Positions 50,577-61,584 of a DNA stretch of 64,000 bases are shown here, piece by piece. The notes beneath the pieces are model-generated. The model was not told where the DNA came from. It saw nothing but the letters and a program-made list of their open reading frames with translations, and made no database searches. The stretch is from Octopus vulgaris. Taxonomy: Eukaryota. The stretch is taken from the NCBI GenBank assembly GCA_951406725.2, contig OX597815.1, positions 88,164,001 through 88,228,000 of the forward strand, written 5' to 3'. Each line of letters starts with the position of its first letter. Position 1 is the first letter of the stretch. The position numbers were made by a program, and so were the translations under genes.

Positions 50577-50663
50577 GTAAGTTTGAAATTTTCCTTAGAT
50601 TTTTATCAGTTTTTAAACCATCTTTCTGTGATACATAATAATTTTGTTTTATTTTCTGTTCAG

Positions 50664-50837
50664 GTTGAAGTTAGTCCACTTGAAACTGCTATTGAAACGC
50701 TAGAAACAACAAATAAGAAACTTCAAGGACTAATAGGCCAGCATAACAAAGATCCTAGTTTGAGGGTTGACCAGCTTACTATGTTATTGAGTGGAGTTGT
50801 TGATCCTGCAGTTAACAAGGGTATTCTCAACTACAAA
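50664..50837 (+). CDS. DOCK1: DOCK exon w34, DHR-2 lobe C with nucleotide-sensor Val (VEVSPLETAIETL...GVVDPAVNKGILNYK)
   Basis: gttcag| ... AAA|gtaaat. Confidence 0.94.
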
Positions 50838-51367
50838 GTAAATATGCTTTCTGAAATCTTTTCCATATTTCTTGCAAAAAAATAGTTACATAAACATTTT
50901 TTGTCTTTACTGCACTGTTGTTTGATAAAATTTTATATTGCTAGGAGACCCTGAAAATGTACGAGTAGTTCTACCCAAGCTTAGACAAGCAAATAGATAG
51001 TAAAACAAAATAAGCAAATATAGTATTAAAAAAAATTAAAACTGATCATAGAATCCATTTTGAAATTTATCAAAAATTTAAATAGACTAGCAGCTAACAT
51101 TTTTCTCTATTAAGTTTGTATCTAAAACAATACAAAAGATTATTTCATAAAATTGTGATGGGAAGTTTTAATTTAAATAATAAGACTTTAAAATGGGTGA
51201 TTTTGTAGAAATAGAAGTTGTCTCAGATTGGTTGACTTCGAAATGGTTACTATTTCATTCTAAATTTTCAAAGAATTCTTCATTTTCATGATTTTTTTTT
51301 TGTTTTGTTAAATTAAAAGCAATACAGTTTCTGAGTTCCTTTTATTGTATTTTTATTCACTCTCTAG

Positions 51368-51460
51368 GAGTTTTATTCTGCTGAATTCCTAATGAACCAT
51401 GAAAATGACAAAAATACTGTTGATATGATTTCCAGGCTGAAGAGTTTAACTTTGGAGCAG
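51368..51460 (+). CDS. DOCK1: DOCK exon w35 (EFYSAEFLMNHENDKNTVDMISRLKSLTLEQ)
   Basis: ctctag| ... CAG|gtaatt. Confidence 0.9.
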
Positions 51461-52039
51461 GTAATTTCTCATATTTTTTTCTTTCTTTCTTTCTTTTTTG
51501 TAACTATTTTACGTTTTTTGTAGATAAATAGAAATGTAAGTTTTACTTGATCTTTTGGTCACACTATACACACCACTTGTCCACAATTCATTCTACTAAC
51601 CACTGGTTTCTTTACCTACTTATAATCTACTCTGCTGGTTAATAGCTATTCCTTCTCTCCACAATCTACTTTAACGATCATTGGTTTTTGAGTGATAGAT
51701 TTAATCTGTCAGTTTAACATCACCTGGTCTTAAGCAAAGTCATTTTCCTTTCATGGATACTGGCAGGTCTCCTGCCTGAGGATAACTTTCACCTTTCTTC
51801 CTCTGACTAAGCTGTTGAACATCCTTTCCAGCTGTAATCTTTCAGCAGTTATGTAGGAGAGAAAACTTCTTTGTCAAACAAGCAAAGTTATATAGCTTAT
51901 GAAGGAATACAAGATACTTGGTTATAATTGTAAGATTTGAACTTATGAGAGTGTAATTAGTAAAGTTCATCATAACAATAGTACTTCTTAACTGCTCTTG
52001 TGCATTATTTATTTGTGCTTAAGAAGATATGTCAAGCTA

Positions 52040-52908
52040 AATTAAATCATGGTTGTCTTCTATAATGGTCCTTGGCTCCTGTACCCTTACCATACCAGTA
52101 TCCACCAGCAAGTTGTTGATACAGGTCATCTTCCTTCCATTGTTACCAGAACACTAGCTTGTTAGCAATTTCATTGGTATGTTTGATGCAGTGTCCAGCT
52201 AGCCTCATCCTTCTATGCTGTATCTTCAATGTTGCTTTTGGTAGTATCTGGTATAAGTCAACGTTTGTTGTATGACTCTTCCAGGAGACACTGAATGCCA
52301 TTCTAAGCATCCTCATATAACAACTGTCCAACTGCTTCTTCAATGCTTTAGTGAGCATTCATGTTTCAGCCCTGTATAGAACAGACTCTACTGTTACCAG
52401 AAACAATCTCACTTTCAATTTCCTTGCTAACTTTGAACTCCATACCTTTCTCAATTTTTGGCATGTACCCCAAGCAAAAGCTTTCCTTGCTATAATGTCT
52501 TTTTCAGTAATTTGTGTTCACGCACCAAAGTATTTGAAATTTTCAGCTACCTTGAGCGACTTACTGGAGTATTACAAGATGACACACTAGCACCTTATCT
52601 CTTCACCATTGTTCTAGACTATGTAATGCGTAGAACATATGAGGGCAAGGAAGAAGAACTGGGATTCAAACTGCACAAGCAAAGAAGTAGACGGCATCAA
52701 GCAGTAACAGTAACTGACCTAAACTATGCTGATGACCTAGCATTACTAACAGAGGGGACAGATCAGGTACAGGAGGTGCTGAGCAGATAAGAACAGGAAT
52801 CAGGGAAGGTAGGGTTGTACTGTAATGCAAAGAAAACAGAGCTGCAAGTATTCAACCACGAAATGCCTGTGTCAGTGAGGGACGGTAAGTTGCTCAAGGT
52901 AGCTAAAA
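52040..52908. mobile_element. RTE/RTE-X-like LINE fragment with inverted 5' part
   Basis: + strand 52563-52908: TGVLQDDTLAPYLF..YADDLAL..KTE..LKVA; - strand 52564-52040: LKVAENFKYFGA..YMRMLRMAFSVSW..RMRLAGHC. Confidence 0.85.
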
Positions 52909-52967
52909 AAAATTATATTTTAAATGTTTATAATGATGTAAGTTTTGTATTTTCTGCTTTTCCTTAG

Positions 52968-53099
52968 GGTGCTTTGTTGAGAGATGCCCTTCAGGTACAC
53001 AAACGACTTTCTCCTGAAAGAATAAAACCTTTACATGCTCATATGGAGCATCGGTTTGCTGAACTGTGTGATTGCATTGAACAGGAATGTGGTTTGCGG
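52968..53099 (+). CDS. DOCK1: DOCK exon w36, end of DHR-2 (GALLRDALQVHKRLSPERIKPLHAHMEHRFAEL...ECGLR)
   Basis: ccttag| ... CGG|gtaagg. Confidence 0.92.
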
Positions 53100-53888
53100 G
53101 TAAGGAAAATTTAAATGCATTCATTTCCAATTGGTCAATGCTTTGGTCTTTAAAATTTGCTACAGACATTTCTGTCTATTCATGCTTTATTGTCAGCTTG
53201 TTTTATAGGTTATTTTGTGGTGGTGGTCATGCTTTTCCAGATCAAGATAGAGACAAGTATAACTGGGTTAAGTTAATGCAGTCAGTATTCAGTTTGGAGT
53301 CTTGTAGGTTAATCTAAGCAAGTTAAGAATTGTTATCTTAGGTTGGCTCTGTTTGAGCTGTGATCAAATGCTTACCAGCTATGGCCACCCAGTTTCTTTC
53401 CATGTGGATTATGTATCTAGGACTACATAATCCAGTAGATCACTCCATTTCAAAGTTGGCTTGATCTTTTATGAGGGAGATTTGGTTACTATTTGTAGAA
53501 GATCAAGCTACCACATGGAAGCTCCCTCATTTACTTGCCTGCCTAATTAAGAGTTATAAAATGTTACTGAGAAGTTAAACATGGTAAAGGAAGAAAAGCA
53601 AGTACTTGGGTGAAAGTGTGACAAACTCAACAGATTCTGAAAAGCAGTTACTTGTGGTTGAAAAGGAAACACTAAGTTGCTGCAACAGATTTAGCTAATT
53701 AGTCACTGGAGAATCTCCACCAGGGGTTAACTGATTGTTTGATTTATGATTTACAGTGTGAAAGTTTGATTTGTGTATTCATGAGGTATGACTAGCTTTA
53801 TGTGTTAATCATTTTAGAATCAGCTTGAGCCTCTTGTCTAATATGAGTGGAAGATATTAAAAATCCTTGTGATATCCTTGAGATAATA

Positions 53889-55181
53889 CGAGGGGCATTC
53901 AATAAGTAATGCCTCTGACCCACTTGCAGTTGTTTGATCTAGCTGAAAATTTACATGTGCAATTATTTATATCTCTATAGATTAAGTGGCAAATTACAGC
54001 TCTGAACTAATTGTGGTTTCTGATATACAGGTGTTTGAACTGAGTCAAGTGTGAAATGGAGCCTGTTGAGTGTCGAGCAGTGATCCGGTTTTTGTATTTG
54101 AAAGGACGCACACCACGGGAGACTTTTGATGAAATGAAAGTAACTTATGGTGATGATGCCCCATCATATGACCTTGTAAAACGCTGGCATCGTGAATTCA
54201 AACACGGTTGGAACTCTGTGGAAACAGCTCCCAGATCTGGTCGCCCCCCCTTCTGCCATTGATGAGGCATCTGTCCGTCAAGTTGAGGCTGCCATTTTGG
54301 AAGATCGATGCATAACTATTCGCCAAATAGCCCATGAGGTCAAGTTTAGTACCGGGTCTGTGGAAACTATCATTCATGACCATCTGCATATGCAAAAGGT
54401 GTCTACCAGATGGATTCCCAGGTTGCTCACACCTTTCCAGAAGCAAGAACGCGTTGAGTGCTCGAGGATGAATTTGGAGATGTGCCAAGAAGATGAGTCA
54501 AAATTTTTCAAAAGACTGATTACACAGGATGAAACCTGGGTTCATCACTATGATCCAGAGACCAAAGCCCAGTCAATGCAGTGGAAGCTCCGTGACTCAC
54601 CTCCTCCAAAGAAGGCAAGGGTGCAGCCCTCCGCTGGCAAGATCATGCTCACAGTCTTCTGGGACCAGGACGGAGTAGTGATGACAGATTTCCTGGCAAA
54701 GGGTACCATAATTACAGGAGCCTATTATGCTTCACTTTTGAGGAAATTAAGAGAAGCTATCAAAATCAAGAGGCGGAGCAAGATCAGCAAAGGCATCCTC
54801 CTCCTGCAGGACAACGCTCCGGTCTACAACTCGCGTGTCGCCAGATCAGAAGCACAGGTGTGCGGCTATGAACTCCTACCCCATCCCCCTACTCTCCTGA
54901 CCTTGCACCCTCTGATTTTCACCTCTTCCTAGCCATGAAGTTGTTTTTGAAAGGAAAGCATTTCCCAGATGATGCAGCCTTGATTTCTGAAGTCACGTCA
55001 TGGTTGGAAGACCAAGCTGGGGTCTTCTACAAAAACGGTCTCCAGAGCTGCATAAAACGATGGGAGAAATGCATAACTCTGGGTAGTTCCTATGTAGGAA
55101 AAGACTAATAACTGTGCCAAGTTTCGTTGCTCTACTGCTATGGGAAGTGGGTCAGGGGCATTACTTATTGAACGCCCCTCG
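53889..55181 (+). mobile_element. Full-length mariner (DD34D, irritans-like) transposon, 1293 bp
   Basis: TA TSD both sides; 37-bp TIRs CGAGGGGC(A/G)TTCAATAAGTAATGCC(T/C)CTGACCCACTT. Confidence 0.95.
54056..55108 (+). pseudogene. Mariner transposase with two frameshifts in C homopolymers
   Basis: RSGRP, WIPRLL, TQDETW, QDNAP, HPP/YSPDLAPSDFHLF; +1 near 54243-54250, -1 near 54885-54889. Confidence 0.9.
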
Positions 55182-55768
55182 TACATCTTATGTTATTTAC
55201 AGGTACAGCAAAATAAACTTTGTCAGACAACTATGAAATCACTGAAAATTATGTTCATTCAATTGATTTGGATGGATCAGCAACAAGATATATTTGCAGC
55301 TATGAATAGTTATCATAAAATAAAATTAGTGTGGTCAACTAGACTAACTACAGTATATATGAGGCTGTATATGAATGTGGAAATCTGTTGTTCAGTGAGA
55401 TAAGAGAGTGAGTTCCTGATGGAGGCATTGGAGTGCTTGGTATATGTATATAGTTTTACTTCCGTCCCACCATATTCACTTTGTATTTTCAATTATATAT
55501 GTAAACTGGTTGTATGAGCAATACATCCTCATAGCTGGTGCAAAGATTTTGGCATCAATACTGGTTGTGTAGGCAGATCAGTAACCAACTACCTTTGTAT
55601 TCCTCTTTTAAAATGCTCATTGGAGAGAAAGTGACAGAAAGTGTTTGTATTTTTGCTGGCTCCTAAGAAACTTTAAAGAATTCACAATGAACTCAAAACT
55701 TTGAGCTCCTGATTTCTTGGGAACAGTTATTTGACTAATAAATTTGCATTTCTAATTTAATTTGATAG

Positions 55769-55872
55769 ATTGCAGAGAAAGATATCACCAATGCCATGAG
55801 AAGAAATCAATCTTCCTTATCAATGTCCTCTTCTCCAAGATACAGTAGTAGTTCAATAGCAGCTATAGCTGA
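55769..55872 (+). CDS. DOCK1: DOCK exon w37, Ser-rich tail (IAEKDITNAMRRNQSSLSMSSSPRYSSSSIAAIA)
   Basis: tgatag| ... TGA|gtaagt; phase 0-2 fits the neighbouring exons; low sequence conservation. Confidence 0.78.
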
Positions 55873-56145
55873 GTAAGTAAACATAACAAGCTTTGTTTAC
55901 AATAACACTTTTTTTAATTAATTTCCTTGTTCTTTTTTAATTAATACCATTTTAGAAATTCTTCATTTTGCCAGAATATCAGTTAGTTATTTTTGAAAGA
56001 AGTGGCTTCTGTGTCACACAATTCATTCATCCAGCATGCACTGATTTTTCTACATGAGCAAATCGTATCAATATGTGTGTGATAGGCCTGTGTGCTATAA
56101 TCTCCACACTTGTGTACAACTAAAATTTTGTTTATTGAATAGTTT

Positions 56146-56201
<56 letters not shown>

Positions 56202-56919
56202 ATGGCTAATGAAAATGCTTATCTATTAAATGTGAGTACCTTTTTGTTATGCTTACATTCAGTTAGCAGTGACTTGCAAACCAAATTTAGTGATGCTCAC
56301 TCTTTTTTTTTGTAGAAGACCAATTTGAGGATGTACCTAATTTTATCTTTGAATGTTTACTTCTAGGATGTCAATATAGAAAGGGGCTGCCCTTTTCAAA
56401 GATCTGAAGTATAGATTCGAGATCTTCCTACTTATATTTTTGATTGTTAATCTTTCACACATATACACACACACAGTTACCTAGTATTGCCAGATAATAA
56501 ATATGTAAAGTCTTTCTATTTTTGCTAAACATAAATGACTTTAGAGCACTGTATTATTATGTAACTATTTTTGTATGTAAATAAGGAGCAGTGAACAAAT
56601 GATTAATTGGGAGTGAAGAAGGGAACATAATATATTCATTTTTTATTGCTCATTAATACTTTCCTGTTATCTTCAATCTATATCTCAGTGAAATTTCATG
56701 ATTAAAAAATGCTATAGTAATGAGCAACTCACTCAATGTGTAGTGTTGCCCAATTTGCCAAATATGTTGGAACCATGTTTTTTTTTTTTTTTTTTTTTTT
56801 TTTTATTGTTTAACTCAAAGCAAGTTATTCAAGGAAATGATTCATTTAGAGACTGTATTAGAAATAAAATTTTATATGTATCAAAGTATATATTGATAAC
56901 ATAGACATTGCAAGACTAT

Positions 56920-57616
56920 GTATTGAGTCATCCCATAAATGTGGCTTTTTTCAATTGCATGAACTAAAGTTGGAAGGGGACAGAATAAACTACCTGCATC
57001 AACTTGCTATAAAAGCAGGTAGTAATTTTACCTTGTCCTTATTCTTAGTGCAAGTTTTGAAGAGTGTAGTTCGATTTTAACAGTTATTTTTTCAAAGTTA
57101 TAAAGGAAGTGACAAAGGAGCATATTTGCAGTATATGGGGATTGACTAAAAGCATAAGTCAAATGTGGTTCCAGAAATTCTGAGCTGGAAACTACATCCT
57201 AGATGAGCCTTGTCCTGGAAGATCTGTAGAGCTTGACAAGAACATCCTGAAAATCTTCATGGAACAAAATCCCATCACAACTGTTGAGGAACTAGTGGAG
57301 AAGCTTGGATTTGGTCATTCAACCAGACATTCAAGTCAGTGCTAGAAGGAAAATGACCATCTTTGGTTTTCAAGACAAAAGGTGTTTTTCCATCAGGATA
57401 ATGCTCAGCAAAATACGAGAATGACATTCCAAATACTGAAGCAGTTTGAATGGGAAACGATACCCCACCCACCACATTCACCAGACATTGCCCCATCTGT
57501 TTATCAATTATTCTGCAATCTTCAAAATCATTAGGATGGAAAAAATATAAATTCTGCTGACAAGGCTGGAGGAGTATTTTCCATCATGGACTAGTGAATT
57601 GTAGAAGAGGGGCCTT

Positions 57617-57617
<1 letters not shown>
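56920..57617 (+). mobile_element. Old internally deleted mariner of a different subfamily
   Basis: WFQKF*AGNY..DEPCPGRSVELD..EQNPITTVEELVEKLG; FHQDNA; WETIPHPPHSPDIAPS. Confidence 0.8.
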
Positions 57618-57673
<56 letters not shown>

Positions 57674-57935
57674 ATATATATATATATATATATATATAAT
57701 AAATATTAGGGAATAAATCCAAATTTACAGGGAAAAATCAGATTTAGGATTGAATCCAATTTTATAGTAAAATATAATATAATATTAATTAGAGACAAAA
57801 CCACTATTATGCAAATCAAACAAAGAAAGACTTAATCCAATACATAAAAAATTTTATATAAATTAAATATATATATATAAATTAAATATATATATATGAA
57901 TGAACTCATATGTTTTTTTCTATTCATTTTTCCAG

Positions 57936-58167
57936 GACAGGTTCACATACTTTAAACCACATACCTTCTCCAACTACCAAAAGTAACACTGCTCTCCGGT
58001 CGCGTTCGATTTCCTGCGCTTCAGTAGCCGGTGTCGTAGCAGAATGTGCAAATGGTTTCCCATTAAAAAGCAAAAACAGGCGCACATCTCAACTACCTGA
58101 TGCCACTAACAGTGCATCAAGTAGCCAACGTAATTCTGTGGAGCAGCGCTTAGAGCTTAATGAGCAG
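57936..58167 (+). CDS. DOCK1: DOCK exon w38 (TGSHTLNHIPSP...RNSVEQRLELNEQ)
   Basis: ttccag| ... CAG|gtttgt; CpG-rich open frame, phase 2-0. Confidence 0.85.
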
Positions 58168-58312
58168 GTTTGTTTGTAAACACTTAATATTTCCTTGAAT
58201 CTGAAATTTTTTTTTTACATTCTTTTTGAAGTTAAACTTTGTTTTTGGTTTTTGTTTTCTTTTCCAAAATACTGAAGAGTATTTAACTTCACCTTCTCAC
58301 TCCTTCCTCCAG

Positions 58313-58454
58313 CTAACACCTAAACGCCCTCTACGACCCGACTCTGAACGCAGAAATAGCCGACCAGCGAGCAGCCAGTTCCATTCTGATCAAACTCTCT
58401 CAGTTTTTCACGCCAGTGCTTCAAGCCTTTGTTCTAACGTCTCAAATACGTTAG
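58313..58454 (+). CDS. DOCK1: DOCK exon w39 (LTPKRPLRPDSERRNSRPASSQF...NVSNTL)
   Basis: ctccag| ... TAG|gtaatt; phase 0-1. Confidence 0.87.
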
Positions 58455-58537
58455 GTAATTATTTATTTAAATCATACCATTACGTGGTATTTAATTCTGT
58501 GTCAGATCAAAAACAGCCTATAGTATAAATTTATGAC

Positions 58538-58577
58538 AATACAAAGCACCTGGCTTCCTTGCCAGGTGCTTTGTATT
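58538..58577. repeat. Perfect 17-bp-stem hairpin
   Basis: AATACAAAGCACCTGGC-ttcctt-GCCAGGTGCTTTGTATT. Confidence 0.9.
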
Positions 58578-59905
58578 TATTAAAATCATCAAAAATGCCA
58601 TTGTTTCATCCATAGTATTTTTGTCTGTAAGTTTCAATAGAGGAATTATTTTCTCTTCCATTTCTTTCCTGAGTTTTTTTTTTCATCTGTTTTCTTCTTT
58701 TAATTCCTTAATTCTCTGCTTCTGTGAGACTTCCTATATGTATACCTTTTTAGCTTTTCTATCTCCACTCCTCCTCTTCCATGGCTCCTTTTCTTCTATG
58801 ATATATAAGAAAATGTGAGTTTTTTGTGCATCTATTCACACTAGTGAAGCTACCTATCAATAAGTACCATACAATCTGTTGTAGATTTAGCAATAGAGTA
58901 GATAATACAAGGCTTGGTTATTGCTTAAGATATTTCTTTTCTTTTTGGTTCTTCATTATAAGAGAGAAATTAGAAGTGAAAGTTAGAAATAAAAACAAGT
59001 TTATATGATGAAAAGGAAGCTTTCATTCAAAAGGCTTCAGTCTTATATTCAAACAGTGAGCACATTATTTTATATGACACAGTAGTACTGTCTACTTAGA
59101 TTAATCTGAACTGGCAGATCAGTGGGAATGCTAGAAATTTACTGATAGGTAAATAGTATTTATCCCTTGAAATTATAAAATAAATAGTTGATTGCTTGAA
59201 TTTTCATGAGCAGAGACATCCATCACCAGATGATTAGTCCTTTATACTAAAGTGTTTTGAGTAATGGAGGTTGTGATTACCCAGGGAACTAAGTAGAGTA
59301 AGTGAAATAGCTTGAACTGAATCTGAATCACAGATGCAAATCTCCAGGAACAAACTCGTTTTGGTTACAGTACTAGTCTGTGGCACTGTATAATAAAAAT
59401 CTTCTAGATGTAACCTATAAATATGAAGGTTATTGAAAAAACTTCTTGCCTGCTTGCTTGCCTGCCTAGCATGAACCCTGAGGTGAATACTCTTCATTAA
59501 CAAGTCAGTTAATCACTTATTATTGATGTTGTTTATAATAGACACACATATGGTTGTTTGGTTTAGTTGTTTGCTTTGCAACCACATGGCTTCAGGTTCA
59601 ATCTCACTATGCAGCACCTTGAACAAGTGTCTTTTACGATAACCATGGGGTGACCAGTGCTTTGTGAGTGTCTTGCATGCAATGGTGATATGATGTTTAC
59701 ATTCTTTATTGACATTACAACTGGTTGCTCAACACATTTGAAGAAAAATAGAACAAAAAAAAAAAATACTCCTTACTTGTAAAGCAAGTAAGGTTTGGTA
59801 ATAGGAAGGGTATCCAGCAGTAAAATACTGCCTCAAGTAAGTCCTCACCCAATCTATGAGCTGTCTACTGCAATAATTAATTACTTCTCTTTTGTTTTCT
59901 ATCAG

Positions 59906-60060
59906 AAACACCCGAATCAACCAGCGATGATTCTGATTTCTATGGCGAACCACCGCCGCTCCCGGAAAAGCTAACATTTGCTGACTACACAAATACTATG
60001 GGAGAGGACTCACAAATCGTTTCCCATCGTCTAATCACTACAGTTGGACCTAAGAACAAA
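59906..60060 (+). CDS. DOCK1: DOCK exon w40 with Crk-SH3-type motif PPPLPEK
   Basis: tatcag| ... AAA|gtaaga; ETPESTSDDSDFYGEPPPLPEKLTFADYTN... Confidence 0.88.
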
Positions 60061-60094
60061 GTAAGAACCTACACACACACATTATATAATTATA

Positions 60095-60418
60095 AAGTAT
60101 CTTACTAAAAAATTTCAGTAAAATTGCCATTACTCTGATAATATTGAAGGAAATCTAACAAAATTTATACTGAATAAAATATATTATACATGCAAATATT
60201 ATACAAATTTGGAATTCAAAACAAACATTTTCAAAGATATGAATGAAATATTACTTTTCAAATGATACAAAAATATGTACACCCTATAGGGTTATTTGCT
60301 ATATCCAATATTTGGTATAAATTCAGTGTAAATTTCATTTGATTTCCTTCAATATTATCAGAGTAATGGCAATTTTACTGAAATTTTTTAGGGGTGTACA
60401 TACTTCTGTGAGATACTG
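60095..60418. mobile_element. Tc1-type (IR/DR-like) non-autonomous element
   Basis: Right end rc CAGTATCTCACAGAAGTATGTACACCCC; perfect 51-bp inverted repeat 60105-60155 / 60341-60391; inner repeat ATGTACACCC near 60276. Confidence 0.75.
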
Positions 60419-60791
60419 TGTGTATATATATGTGTATATATGTATGTATATTTACCCACCTATCCTTCCCTCCAATTTCCTTCACTCCCTCCATCTCAAA
60501 AACTATTGTCCAATTTTGTCTAGTTAGTCAAGCTATCTGATGATGTATTGCTTCTCTATTTGATATTTTTACTAGAGTTTGATCACTGAGATATGTTTAT
60601 AGATGTTTTAACATTTTTCTTTTCCATTCATGCACCTCTATTGCATAACAGAAACTTTCATGCCATAGCTCTGTTTAACTATTTAATCACTCCTCTTTTG
60701 TCACTACAATAATCAAGAAAAATGAGGATAAACTTCACTCCTAAACTTTACTCAGAAAACATGAGATGTGTCATGTTTCATATATGTATAT

Positions 60792-60901
60792 GAGTTCAGT
60801 CCTACTGCATGGCACCTTGCCCAAGTGCCTACTACTATAGCCTCGGACTAACCAAAGCCTTGTGAATGGATTTTGAGGACGGAAACGGAAAAAAGTTTGT
60901 C

Positions 60902-60935
<34 letters not shown>

Positions 60936-61190
60936 ATATATATATATATCTATGTATGTGTGTCATTGTATCTGTGTTTGTACCTCCATCACTGCTTGAC
61001 ATCTGCTGTTGGTATGTTTATGTCCCCGTAATTTAGCAGTTCAGCAAAAGAGGCCAATAGAATAAGTACTAGGCTTTAAAAATGTCCTCAAGTTAATTTG
61101 TTTGACTAAAACCCTTCAAGGCAGTGCTCCAGCATAGCTGCAGTTAAATGACTGAAACAATTAAAAAAAATAAAATAAAAGAAAAGAAAA
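60792..61190 (+). mobile_element. SINE family A, 5'-truncated
   Basis: Homologous to 19395-19746. Confidence 0.85.
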
Positions 61191-61515
61191 GAATATATTT
61201 AAAAAAAACTTTTTGTCGTGTGTGTGTGTGTATATATAAATATATATATATATATATAATCAATGTTTTATGTCCATTTTCCATTCTGGCATGGGTTGTA
61301 TGAGTTGTTGATTCCAAGTCAGTTCCTATTTAAAGTCCCTGCTCTCCTAGATGGTTTTGCTTTCTATAGCTGGATGCACTAACACCAACCATTCTAAGAG
61401 TGTTCAGGATGCAAGACCTAAAGAAGTTGTCATGTTAGATGAATGGATCTTCTCACTGTGTGTGTGTGTATTTACCATTTTATATATACTCAGCTGTTTT
61501 AACTTTATTTTGCAG

Positions 61516-61584
61516 CCACCTCCTCCAATCCCAGTTGAAGAAGAAATACCACCTGTACCTAGAAAGCCACCACTTCCACGATAA
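61516..61584 (+). CDS. DOCK1: DOCK terminal coding exon (PPPPIPVEEEIPPVPRKPPLPR*)
   Basis: ttgcag|; Pro-rich PxxPxK tail typical of DOCK180; TAA at 61582-61584. Confidence 0.88.
   Translation, partial: PPPPIPVEEEIPPVPRKPPLPR

Larger units (their letters stand above)
1550..61584 (+). other. DOCK1: DOCK-A family Rac guanine-nucleotide exchange factor gene (DOCK1/2/5-like), 5'-partial, 41 coding exons in window
   Basis: Exons with GT-AG boundaries and consistent phases sum to 4501 nt (1+1500 codons incl. stop). The translation follows DOCK1/2 motifs in order: [65 protein letters not shown], and a C-terminal PxxPxK. Confidence 0.96.
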
